Shown here in pieces: positions 5,866 to 14,330 of a stretch of 24,725 bases of DNA. The DNA lies in the NCBI GenBank assembly GCA_038877255.1, contig JAVYWZ010000011.1, positions 1 to 24,725 on the forward strand. The letters are read 5' to 3'. The notes below the pieces were generated by a model. The model was not told the origin of the DNA. It saw only the letters and a program-made list of their open reading frames with translations, and did not search any database. Numbering within the stretch: the stretch's first letter is position 1; each line of letters starts with the position of its first letter. Origin of the DNA: Candidatus Micrarchaeaceae archaeon. Its GTDB lineage: Archaea > Micrarchaeota > Micrarchaeia > Micrarchaeales > CABMGC01. The position numbers and the translations under genes were made by a program.

Positions 5866-7458
5866 TTGAAAAACGAAATAGTGATTGGAAATGTTGTAAA
5901 AGAGCTTAAACTGTGCAGAGGGATTTTTGACCGCAGGCTAAGGTGGCGCTGGAAGCGAAGGCATATGCTAAAGCTGAAGATAAGCCCAAGCAATGCAATG
6001 AATAGAAACATTGTAATAACAGGGCAGACAGGCACAGGCAAAAGCAGCGCGTGCAAAACCATAGTTAAGGGCCTTGCTTCACTTGGCTATTCTCTTTTGA
6101 TTCTCGACTTCCACAATGAATACATAGGCCTTGCAGGCGAGATAGGCGTGAAGGTATATGATGCAGACATGCTGCAGATGGACATTATGCAGCAAGATGG
6201 CAGTAATGAGGAAAAGGCTGCAGACGTTGCAGAGACTTTGAGAAAAATACTGAAGCTTGGCTACAGGCAGTACAACGAACTATATAAACTCGCATTGTAC
6301 ACTTATTCTGTTTGCGAAAGAACAGGAAAAGAGCCGAGCATTGCCCAGCTGCTTTACTCGCTTGCCGTGTTTAGCAAAAACGCAAAGGGGACAGAGGCAA
6401 ATATACTTGATGTGCTAAAGACAAGGCTTGTGCTGCTTGCGCACAAAACAAATGCGGTTCATGTTGATTTTGAAAAGACAATAGAGACAGGCGCTGTGTT
6501 CGCGCTTGCAGGAATGCACAACAATGAGACACAGACGGCATTCGCAGAATCGTTCATAAGGCGCTTGTACCAGCAAGTTCTGAGGAAAAGGCCAAGTAAG
6601 AATATCTACCTTGTTGTAGAAGAGGCAGGCAAGCTGCAAAACAGCGTTACGCTTGATAGGCTTATTGCAGAAGGCAGGAAGTATGGCGTTGGCATAATAG
6701 CAATAGCGCAGCGCGCAAAGGCAATAAGCAGCGAGATAAGGAGCAACGCAGAGCTTTTCATTGCCTTTTATCAGAGAGAGCCTGAGGAGCTTAATTACTT
6801 GACAAACATGCTTGCAGCAGGAAACGAGCTAGAACGCTTCATAGAAGTAAAGAAGGCGCTTAGGAGCCTGCAAAGGGGCACTGCGCTCGTACTTAGGAAT
6901 GGCAACATAGAGATGGCAAGGTTCAACACCACTACGACAAGGCAAAACTGGGAATACACAATAATGCATATTTCAAAGAAGCCAATAAGCAGAGAAGAAT
7001 TGCTTGATAAGTTAAGTCAATGTAGAGAAACAGAGGAGCTTATAGCCCAGAAGCTTGCAAGTAGGGAAATTAGCGAATACAGGATAAATAATGGTATATA
7101 CGCAGGCTTGTACTACATCGCAACGTCTTCTTTAAGGAACAGCGCAGAGCACGACATAATGCTAGAGCTCATAGCAAAGCACATAAGGAGCAAGGGAATA
7201 AGCTGCAAGGTGCTGAACAGGGCATACGCTCCTGACATAGTGGCTTACGAGAATGGCAAAGAAGTAGCAATAGAATATGAGACAGGCAAGAAGCAACTTG
7301 ATGACACAAAGCAGATGCTGGAAAAGAGAAAAGGCAATTATGCGAAGACAATAGTAATTGTAAACAACAGCGCCTTAGAGCGCTACAAAGCGCTAGAAAA
7401 TGGCAATATAAAAGTTATTTCTGAAAAGGAATTCTTTGAAAATCAGCAGCCCCTATAA
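5866..7458 (+). CDS. HerA/FtsK-family (DUF87) ATPase with C-terminal PD-(D/E)xK nuclease-like domain
   Basis: Walker A GQTGTGKS, ILDFHNEY, Walker B LVVEEA, EGRKYGVGIIAIAQR; C-terminal SAEH...APDIVAY...VAIEYETG. TTG start at 5866 after GGTGG SD; the ORF-track start 5788 overlaps the divergent gene. Confidence 0.85.
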   Translation: MKNEIVIGNVVKELKLCRGIFDRRLRWRWKRRHMLKLKISPSNAMNRNIVITGQTGTGKSSACKTIVKGLASLGYSLLILDFHNEYIGLAGEIGVKVYDADMLQMDIMQQDGSNEEKAADVAETLRKILKLGYRQYNELYKLALYTYSVCERTGKEPSIAQLLYSLAVFSKNAKGTEANILDVLKTRLVLLAHKTNAVHVDFEKTIETGAVFALAGMHNNETQTAFAESFIRRLYQQVLRKRPSKNIYLVVEEAGKLQNSVTLDRLIAEGRKYGVGIIAIAQRAKAISSEIRSNAELFIAFYQREPEELNYLTNMLAAGNELERFIEVKKALRSLQRGTALVLRNGNIEMARFNTTTTRQNWEYTIMHISKKPISREELLDKLSQCRETEELIAQKLASREISEYRINNGIYAGLYYIATSSLRNSAEHDIMLELIAKHIRSKGISCKVLNRAYAPDIVAYENGKEVAIEYETGKKQLDDTKQMLEKRKGNYAKTIVIVNNSALERYKALENGNIKVISEKEFFENQQPL

Positions 7459-7532
7459 GGCATTGTGTTTGTTTGGTGCACTTTTCTCTAGTGGCGCTTC
7501 ACAATAAGCCTTAAATTTTTGAAGTACAAAAT

Positions 7533-8081
7533 ATGCACATGAACGTAATAGTATTTGGATTTTCCCTTAGGAAGGAGTCCTTCTCAAAGGCAATAGCAAA
7601 CGCGTGCAAAGAACTTGCCCCGGCTGGCATGGAAATTTCGCTCTACGACGTAGCAAGCATACCCATATTCAACCAGGACCTTGAACACAGCATGCCCGAT
7701 TCTGTGATCAAATTCAAAGACGCGATAAGGCAGAGCGACGGCATACTGATAGTTATGCCCGAGTACAACTATTCCGTGCCAGGGTATTTGAAGAATGCAA
7801 TAGACTTCGCATCGAGGCCTTACACAGACAACGTATTTGACAAGAAGCCAACTGGCATAGTTTCAGAGTCAATAGGCTTGCTTGGCGGAGCTCGCGCGCA
7901 GTACCACTTGCGCCAGTCGCTGCTGTTTCTAAATGCAAACGACATGAAGAAGCCAGAGGTATTTGTTGCTTTCGCTGACAAAAAGATAAGGGAAGGCAGG
8001 CTTGTAGACGAAGAAACAAGAAAGCGCTTGGCAGACTATCTTTCTGCTTTCAACGACTTCATTTCCAGTTCTAAGAAATAG
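7533..8081 (+). CDS. NAD(P)H-dependent FMN reductase (ChrR/SsuE flavodoxin-like family)
   Basis: SLRKESFS, PIFNQD, PEYNYSVPGYLKNAIDFASRP, GGARAQYHLRQ motifs. Confidence 0.92.
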   Translation: MHMNVIVFGFSLRKESFSKAIANACKELAPAGMEISLYDVASIPIFNQDLEHSMPDSVIKFKDAIRQSDGILIVMPEYNYSVPGYLKNAIDFASRPYTDNVFDKKPTGIVSESIGLLGGARAQYHLRQSLLFLNANDMKKPEVFVAFADKKIREGRLVDEETRKRLADYLSAFNDFISSSKK

Positions 8082-8205
8082 GCGCTATTGCAAGCCTGCC
8101 AATGGTCTGCAACTCAAAAAGCCGTGAGACACTTTGCGATAACTATACTCGGCTAATAGCAGAACAGTAATAAATAAAGAATAAACAAAAACAGAAAAGG
8201 CAAGG

Positions 8206-8796
8206 TCAGAGCTTGCCTATGTCGTTGACTATGTCTATCTCCATGGGCTTCTGGCCTTGTTTCCAGTTGGCAGGAATTATGCATATATGGCCCTGCTCAA
8301 CAGGCGTGTCGTGTATTATGCGCAAGCCGTTCAGCGCGTTTATTATGTGGTCTATATCCTTGCCAAGCGCATCATTGAACACGGCGTAGTACTGTAGCCT
8401 GCCCTCTGGATCTATTATGACTAGGCCGCGCCTTGCGGCGCCTGTTTCGCTGTTGAGGAAGCCATATACACTGGTTATCTCTTTGTTGAAGTCCTCTATT
8501 AGAGGCACTGGGCTCTTGCTCACTCTTGGCGAGGTATCGCTCCATGCTTTGTGCGAATACACGCTATCAGTGCTTATTGCAAAAACCTGTGCATTTGCCT
8601 TCTTGAAGTCGTCATAGCGCTGTGTTATTGCTTCTAGGTCAGTAGCGCAGACAAAGGTAAAATCGCCAGGATAGAATGTAAGAACTACCCACTTGCCTTT
8701 GTACTGACTCAGATTTATTTCCTTTATCTCCTTAGTTTCTGGGAAGTACACCTTCGCATGAAAGTCCGGAGCTTCCTTGCCTATTTCATTTGTCAT
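8206..8796 (-). CDS. ahpC: Peroxiredoxin, AhpC/Prx1-like
   Basis: GKWVVLTFYPGDFTFVC (PxxxTxxC), STDSVYSHKAW, RGLVIIDPEG, C-terminal C..PANW. ATG 8796 after AGGTGG SD. Confidence 0.9.
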   Translation of the reverse strand: MTNEIGKEAPDFHAKVYFPETKEIKEINLSQYKGKWVVLTFYPGDFTFVCATDLEAITQRYDDFKKANAQVFAISTDSVYSHKAWSDTSPRVSKSPVPLIEDFNKEITSVYGFLNSETGAARRGLVIIDPEGRLQYYAVFNDALGKDIDHIINALNGLRIIHDTPVEQGHICIIPANWKQGQKPMEIDIVNDIGKL

Positions 8797-8829
8797 ATTA
8801 TCCACCTTTAACATTATCATGCTAAAAAG

Positions 8830-8853
8830 TAAATATTTAGTAATATATATTAC
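8830..8853. promoter_or_regulatory. Adjacent AT-rich palindromes TAAATATTTA and GTAATATATATTAC in the divergent peroxiredoxin/Lrp promoter
   Basis: Perfect palindromes at 8830-8839 and 8840-8853, followed by BRE/TATA-like CGAAAAGTTTATTAA. Confidence 0.4.
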
Positions 8854-8905
8854 GAAAAGTTTATTAATATTGCCGAATTATATAGGTAGTGCTTAAGGCG
8901 GTTGC

Positions 8906-9322
8906 ATGCTAGACCTGACAAATGAAAAGTTGCTCTACTTGCTAGAAAGAAAAGCAAACATGACTAATCAGGAGATTGCTAATAAAATAGGTCTAACAGA
9001 AGGCGCGGTAAGGAAGCGCATAAAGAAACTTGAGAATGAGCACATAGTCATAGGCTACAAGGCAAGGATACGCTATCAAATAGTGGATAAAACGATGCTA
9101 ATCGTTGGATTGGACATAGCACCAGAGCATTTTAACGACGTGATAAACAGGCTGAAGGAGAGAAAGGAGATTGCTGAGCTATATGCCACTACAGGCGACC
9201 ATGCTGCAATCTTTGTTGCAGCAACAGGCTCAGGTAACGCAAGTGCTTTCATAAAAGAGATTGAGCGCATGCAAGGCATGAGGCACGTCTATCCTGCGTT
9301 CGTGCAGGACATTATTAAGTGA
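8906..9322 (+). CDS. Lrp/AsnC family transcriptional regulator
   Basis: HTH EIANKIGLTEGAVRKRIKKLE...IVIGYKA; RAM domain ELYATTGDH. Confidence 0.92.
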   Translation: MLDLTNEKLLYLLERKANMTNQEIANKIGLTEGAVRKRIKKLENEHIVIGYKARIRYQIVDKTMLIVGLDIAPEHFNDVINRLKERKEIAELYATTGDHAAIFVAATGSGNASAFIKEIERMQGMRHVYPAFVQDIIK

Positions 9323-9440
9323 CATCCTATCCCAACTGAAGGTTGGGAGCTTCAAGGGGCCTGATTGATCGTCATGATGCAATAAGTATAGTTCCTGATG
9401 CTCTGTTGCAGAACTATCGCGTGATTCCTCTTGTGCTTTG
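9319..9440 (-). mobile_element. Degenerate IS200/IS605-family (tnpB) right-end/omegaRNA-like remnant
   Basis: Minus strand ...CATCAGGAACTATAC...GAAGC-TCCCAAC-CTTCA-GTTGGGA-TAGGATGTCAC resembles the GAAGCCC-hairpin-GGGAGGATGTCAC right ends of tnpB elements (from recall). No tnpA or tnpB ORF is present. Confidence 0.55.
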
Positions 9441-9531
9441 TTATCTTCGCGTTTTAACATATGGTGTTATCTGAAATTACATGCTTTTCTATGCCAAGAT
9501 TGATATGCATTTCAAGTTTCACTCGAAGCCA

Positions 9532-9993
9532 CTATGACAAGCTGCGCAAAAGCGCTCTTGCTTCTGCTATGCCTAGGGCTAAAAGAATTATGAGAATAAC
9601 ATCGATGCTTGAACAGTAGATGCATACCTTGCCGAGCATGTACATAGAATAGGCAGAATATGCTACTGCAAAAATTCCTGCTATGTTCAAATATGCAGAA
9701 AGCATGCCGATAAGCATATGATGGCGTTGAAATATTGAGAGCATAAGCAAAATTACAAACCATGCAGCAGCAAGGTCAGCCAAAGGCGCTCCAAATACAT
9801 AGGAGTATTTGCTAGTAAGAACTGCTGAGCAGTTGACTATGCCAAATGCGCCTTGATCAGGACAAAGCAACAATGAGGTGCTGAAGCTGTTAAGTCTGCT
9901 CGGCTCAGCTATGATCAAATAAATGGCTATTGCAAGTCCTATGGCATAGAGCACAATCTTTGCGCGCTGAATATTTGTGTAAGGAGCACGCAT
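9532..9993 (-). CDS. Vitamin K epoxide reductase (VKOR) family membrane protein
   Basis: C...VNCSAVLTSKYSYVFGAP loop motif, four TM helices, CIYC redox motif. Confidence 0.9.
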   Translation of the reverse strand: MRAPYTNIQRAKIVLYAIGLAIAIYLIIAEPSRLNSFSTSLLLCPDQGAFGIVNCSAVLTSKYSYVFGAPLADLAAAWFVILLMLSIFQRHHMLIGMLSAYLNIAGIFAVAYSAYSMYMLGKVCIYCSSIDVILIILLALGIAEARALLRSLS

Positions 9994-10005
9994 GTAACAA
10001 CCGGG

Positions 10006-10239
10006 CTATTTGTCGCTGACAAGTATTGTATCTGAAATTTTCTTTACCCTGTCGTATTTTATGCTGGACTTAAATATGCCTTTTAGCATCTCATCGTTCT
10101 TTGCAGTATCTATTTTCTGCAAAAGCAGGTGCGAAACGCTTGCTGACTCTAGGTCAAGCACTACATGCTGCACCTCGCCAAGCCAGTGACCAGAAGTCGA
10201 AATTATTCTCTTGCCGTAAAGCTCTGAAACGCTTACCAT
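10006..10239 (-). CDS. PRC-barrel domain protein (possibly CdpB-like cell-division factor)
   Basis: SELYGKRIISTSGHWLGEVQHVVLD...IKYDRVKKISDTILV is a typical stand-alone archaeal PRC barrel. ATG 10239. Confidence 0.85.
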   Translation of the reverse strand: MVSVSELYGKRIISTSGHWLGEVQHVVLDLESASVSHLLLQKIDTAKNDEMLKGIFKSSIKYDRVKKISDTILVSDK

Positions 10240-10243
10240 TAGA

Positions 10244-10798
10244 TCAACTCTCAATCTTTTTCACTTCAAGCTTAAATATCTTTTTCATTGCGAAGATTCT
10301 TAATATCGTAGCCTGCAACTTTTTTGAAAAGGCTTCTGCGTCTGCTTGCAGCTCTTTAAGCTCGTCAGGCTCGAAAAGCTCAGTGGCGTTGCCAACAAGC
10401 GAAAACAAGAATTCGTTATTCATTGAATAGTATCTGGTCATGCACGAAGTGCATATATATATGGGCACAACAGGAACGTTCGTTATTTTAGAAGGGGGCA
10501 TCATGTCTAGTTCTCGTACAATCTCGCCGCCGCACTTTTTGCATGTGGTATTGACCTTAACGCGGTCATACGGAGCGTATGTTTTCACCAACAAAGTTTC
10601 TTTGCAAATGAAGTCGCTTAGTTCGCGCTGCACCTGATTGCTGTGCCTATACTCTTGCCGCAACACCTCGCCATCTTCAGAAAACTCTGTAAGCAACGTT
10701 CCTATTGCAGTTGGCTCGGCAATACTGAAACGAGGTTTGCCTTTTGCAGAATACGGCTCAGTGCGCATGCGTTTGTCAAGGCTTTCATAAACACGCAC
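10244..10798 (-). CDS. Hypothetical zinc-ribbon protein
   Basis: CKKC and CTSC pairs; co-oriented and tightly packed between the histone and PRC-barrel genes. Start uncertain (GTG 10798 or ATG 10768). Confidence 0.7.
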   Translation of the reverse strand: MRVYESLDKRMRTEPYSAKGKPRFSIAEPTAIGTLLTEFSEDGEVLRQEYRHSNQVQRELSDFICKETLLVKTYAPYDRVKVNTTCKKCGGEIVRELDMMPPSKITNVPVVPIYICTSCMTRYYSMNNEFLFSLVGNATELFEPDELKELQADAEAFSKKLQATILRIFAMKKIFKLEVKKIES

Positions 10799-10814
10799 AT
10801 ATGCTTCTGACGTT

Positions 10815-11027
10815 CTATGCGCCTTTTTTGAATATGTATTCTTGTATGTCTTCCTTTGTCACGCTGACGCGCTTCTTTTTCTTGGCGTTTTTAACCGCGT
10901 ATCTGGCAATTTCTCGCGCCTTTCTTTCAAGCATCGCCGCCATTGCAGCGGCAGCATCGTCGGTTATCTTTGCGTGTGCATACCTAGCGACAATCTTCTT
11001 TATTGCTTCTTTTGACAGGCTTGCCAC
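10815..11027 (-). CDS. Archaeal histone-fold protein (HMf-like, divergent)
   Basis: KITDDA...LE...AREIA..A...A....R.SV..EDI aligns without gaps to HMfB. GTG start at 11027 after GGTG SD. Confidence 0.88.
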   Translation of the reverse strand: MASLSKEAIKKIVARYAHAKITDDAAAAMAAMLERKAREIARYAVKNAKKKKRVSVTKEDIQEYIFKKGA

Positions 11028-11159
11028 TAAAACACCAAAACGCCAATTCAGCACTCAAGATCTTCATCACTTATCAGAAAAATGCCTCATCACGCATGCA
11101 TATAATGCAAAACAAATATATATGTATATGCGCAAGACTTTACGCATAAAGATGGTAGC

Positions 11160-11474
11160 ATGCAAGAAGTGAAAAGTGACGATTTTGAAAAGGAAGTTCT
11201 TAAATCAGATAAGCCTGTGATAGTGGATTTTTGGGCCGAGTGGTGCGCACCATGCAGAATCTTTAGCCCAATAATAGAAGAGGTTTCAAAAGACTATGTG
11301 AACAAAGTGAAATTCTGCTCCTTAAACACTGATGAGAACCAGGACATCGCTATGAAATATAACATAATGAGCATACCTACAGCTATGCTTTTTGAGAAAG
11401 GCATACCAAAAGCAATGTCTGTTGGCGCAATACCTAAGGAAGAATTCAAAAAATGGCTAGAAGAAAACTTGTGA
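11160..11474 (+). CDS. trxA: Thioredoxin
   Basis: VIVDFWAEWCAPC active site, cis-Pro SIPT, 104 aa. Confidence 0.95.
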   Translation: MQEVKSDDFEKEVLKSDKPVIVDFWAEWCAPCRIFSPIIEEVSKDYVNKVKFCSLNTDENQDIAMKYNIMSIPTAMLFEKGIPKAMSVGAIPKEEFKKWLEENL

Positions 11475-12872
11475 CTATTCCTCTTTCTTTTTATATTTTG
11501 AATAGTTGAAAAGCGCGGTCAGCGCTTTTACTGCCGAAGCTGGCGAATCATAAACAGGCACGCCTGTTGATTCCATCATGATTTTATGCATTTGTGTATA
11601 GGCAGAGCCTGGGCTTATTACCACTAGCGGCTTCCCTATGCTGTTTTTCTGCTTTATTATTTCTGCAGCAACAGATGAATCGGCTCCTGGAGTCTGGAAG
11701 AGCACTATCGCTATAAGCATGTCTGTGCCTGGATCGCTGCCCACGATTGAAAGCGCATCTGCATACCTTTTTGCATCTGCGTCGCCGGCAATGTCGAGAG
11801 GCTGCGCTATATTTACAATATCAGGCATAACTTTTCTGAGGCTTTTCTTTGTGGCATCAGAATAAGAAGCAAGCTTAAGAACGCCGCTATCTGCTATTGC
11901 ATCTGCAGTAAGCACGCCTGTGCCCCCGCCGTTTGTTATTATTGAAACCCTGTTACCGAGAGGCGCAATCTCGCTGTTGAATATCTTGGCATAGGTAATT
12001 AGGTCGCTAAGATCGTTTGCAATCGTGAAGCCGCACTGCCTGAAGAGTGCCTCATGCACTGCGTAATTTCCGGCAAGCGAAGCAGTATGAGAATGTGCAG
12101 CAGTGATGCCTGCCTGTGTGCGGCCTGCTTTCAGCACAATAACTGGCTTCTGCTTTGTTATCTCGCTAGCAACGGCCCTGAAGTCGCTGCCTCGCCTTAT
12201 TCCCTCTAGATAAAGCATAACGACTTTTGTATCTTTGTCACGACGCAGGTAATCCAATATATCGGTTTCGTCTATAACAGCAGCGTTGCCGTAAGAGAAG
12301 AACTTTGACAAGCCGAAGCCTTCGCCGGTTATGACGTCCAATACTGTGCTGCCTACTGCTCCGCTCTGCGAAACAAAGCTTACGCCACCAAGCTCAGGAT
12401 TGCTCATTTTATAAGTCGGAAGGAAAAGCGTGTTTATTCTTGAGCGCGTATCAAGCACGCCGAGGCAGTTGGGGCCTAGCACAGGCATTGCGTATTTCTT
12501 GGAAATATTTACAAGCTGCTCCTGCAAATCAGTATTGCCGACTTCTGCAAAGCCGCCGCTCACTACTATGGCGCTCTTCACATGGCTTTTGCCGCATTCG
12601 TCAAGCACAGTAGGTACCACTTGCGCGGGCACTGCAATTACTGCAAGGTCTATGGGCTTTTTTATTTGGGTTACGCTCTGGTATACCTTATAACCCAATA
12701 TTTCGCCTGACGCATTCTTATTTATAGGATAAAGCTTGCCAGAATAGCCTGTGTTTATGTAATTCTGCAATATCACTCTGCCTACTTTCGATGGATCGCG
12801 TGAAACGCCGATGATCGCTACGCTGCGCGGATTCATCATACTATTAAGCGAGTGCATCATGCGATTATTCAC
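11475..12872 (-). CDS. acdA: Acetate/acyl-CoA ligase (ADP-forming), alpha subunit
   Basis: PRSVAIIGVSR CoA-binding fold, GPNCLG, SQSGA, SHTASLAG phospho-His, TNGGG.GV...D; GTG start with AAGGTG SD. Confidence 0.92.
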   Translation of the reverse strand: MNNRMMHSLNSMMNPRSVAIIGVSRDPSKVGRVILQNYINTGYSGKLYPINKNASGEILGYKVYQSVTQIKKPIDLAVIAVPAQVVPTVLDECGKSHVKSAIVVSGGFAEVGNTDLQEQLVNISKKYAMPVLGPNCLGVLDTRSRINTLFLPTYKMSNPELGGVSFVSQSGAVGSTVLDVITGEGFGLSKFFSYGNAAVIDETDILDYLRRDKDTKVVMLYLEGIRRGSDFRAVASEITKQKPVIVLKAGRTQAGITAAHSHTASLAGNYAVHEALFRQCGFTIANDLSDLITYAKIFNSEIAPLGNRVSIITNGGGTGVLTADAIADSGVLKLASYSDATKKSLRKVMPDIVNIAQPLDIAGDADAKRYADALSIVGSDPGTDMLIAIVLFQTPGADSSVAAEIIKQKNSIGKPLVVISPGSAYTQMHKIMMESTGVPVYDSPASAVKALTALFNYSKYKKKEE

Positions 12873-12891
12873 TGCAACACCTTCTTGTTAC

Positions 12892-13521
12892 TTATATCAT
12901 GAGCCTAAGGTCAACAGCATCGTAGCTGTTGCGCCTAACTATTATCGGATTAAGATCTACTTCTTTCAGCTCTGCTCTTTCATAAAACATTTTTGAAAAT
13001 TTAATAAGCAGGTCAACAAGCATGTTAGTCGCAGCGCCATCATAAGTTATAACGCTAGCAGATTTGAGCTGGTAGAGCATCTCCTTTGCGTCATAGCGCG
13101 TTATTGGGCAAAGCCTCATTGCAACGTCTTTAAATGTCTCTACGTATATGCCACCGAGGCCTATGAGAACGGTCTTGCCAAACTGAGCATCGACAGAGCC
13201 GCCTAAAATTATTTCTATTCCGTTAGCGCTCATTTTCTGCGCAAGTATTTTGTAAGGCGCAAATTTGCTTGCTGCACGCTGCAAAGACTTGTATGCTGCT
13301 GCAATTTCTTCTTGGCCGTTAAGATTCAGTTTTACTAATCCGGCTTTCGATTTGTGAATTGCCTTATCTGAAATTGCCTTTAGTATGATGGGCTCTTTTT
13401 CTGAGAACGTTATTGCCTCTTCTGCAGAATTGACATAAGTGCTTTTTATGCTTTTTATGCCATACTGATCTAAAAGCCTTTGAGCTTTAAAATATTCAAT
13501 AAGCATAGAAACACTACACAT
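12892..13521 (-). CDS. acdB: Acetate/acyl-CoA ligase (ADP-forming), beta (ATP-grasp) subunit
   Basis: HKSKAGLVKL, EIILG...DAQFG....IGLGGIYVE...DV, EVDLNP, AVD; adjacent to the alpha subunit. Start 13521 or 13506. Confidence 0.9.
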   Translation of the reverse strand: MCSVSMLIEYFKAQRLLDQYGIKSIKSTYVNSAEEAITFSEKEPIILKAISDKAIHKSKAGLVKLNLNGQEEIAAAYKSLQRAASKFAPYKILAQKMSANGIEIILGGSVDAQFGKTVLIGLGGIYVETFKDVAMRLCPITRYDAKEMLYQLKSASVITYDGAATNMLVDLLIKFSKMFYERAELKEVDLNPIIVRRNSYDAVDLRLMI

Positions 13522-14250
13522 TCAGCGCGTTATTATAACTGCTATTATCACGATTACAAGTATCACCAAAAGCACAACCAATAGCTTTTTGCCTCCCTTA
13601 GGCTTCGGCTTCTGCAGCTCATTCTGCAACTGCGAAATATCGCTTGCCTGCTGCTCTGCTGTTGGTGCTTGCGCTTGTTGCTGGCTTGTTTGAGCGGCAA
13701 AAGACACTGCACCCTCTTGCGCGCCTGTTCCTGCTTGGCTCGCCTGCATAGCAGCTTGAGGCTGCGCTACGCCTGCCTGCGCTTTTGGAGACTTGACACG
13801 CAGAAAGCCCTGCTCAGTAAGCAGCAGCTCGACGTTGCCGTTCTTGAGCTCATAGTTGAGCATATTCTGCTTGTAAAGCTTGTAAATTCTATAAGCAAGG
13901 TCCTTAGGAACCACGCTGAGCGCACTTTGCAACTCTACTGGCACGCGCTTGCCACCGGCAAGCTGCTGCAGTATCTCGTCATCGAGGTTGTCGAGCGGTT
14001 CTGTGCTGCGCGCAGTTACATCATTAAGCAAATTCTTTGCGGCATCAGTAAGCTGCATGCCCGTAGGACCTGGAAACCCGGAGGAAAAGGTAATAAGTCC
14101 TTTCTGCTTAAGCGTGCCTGCGATGTTTGCGGCATCGAAGACGCTGGCATTTATTATGCCGCCAAACTTTTCAAGAGTCGAATCAGGGGTTATCTTAAAA
14201 ATACATGCTAAATCGAGAAAGTTTACAGTATTAAGAGCGTTTTCAGCCAT
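13522..14250 (-). CDS. Hypothetical protein: putative tandem winged-helix domains, Q/A-rich linker, C-terminal transmembrane anchor
   Basis: Two wHTH-like ends (LKQKGLI...MQLTDAA; LYKQNML...LLLTEQG), low-complexity QAGVAQPQAA linker, KPKPKGGKK followed by an approximately 18-residue hydrophobic tail. Confidence 0.75.
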   Translation of the reverse strand: MAENALNTVNFLDLACIFKITPDSTLEKFGGIINASVFDAANIAGTLKQKGLITFSSGFPGPTGMQLTDAAKNLLNDVTARSTEPLDNLDDEILQQLAGGKRVPVELQSALSVVPKDLAYRIYKLYKQNMLNYELKNGNVELLLTEQGFLRVKSPKAQAGVAQPQAAMQASQAGTGAQEGAVSFAAQTSQQQAQAPTAEQQASDISQLQNELQKPKPKGGKKLLVVLLVILVIVIIAVIITR

Positions 14251-14330
14251 TTGATCGCTAATACTTCAAATAAAACAAATATAAAGCATAAAGGTTGAAA
14301 TAGTTAGCCAACAACATAAGAGTTGACCTT

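Noticed and set aside
9230..9460. 76-aa minus-strand ORF
   Set aside because: It overlaps the Lrp gene by about 90 bp, has no recognisable motif and is better explained as IS-end remnant sequence.
13669..14211. 180-aa plus-strand ORF and the other antisense ORFs in the track
   Set aside because: Shadow frames of well-supported genes on the opposite strand, with no motifs.
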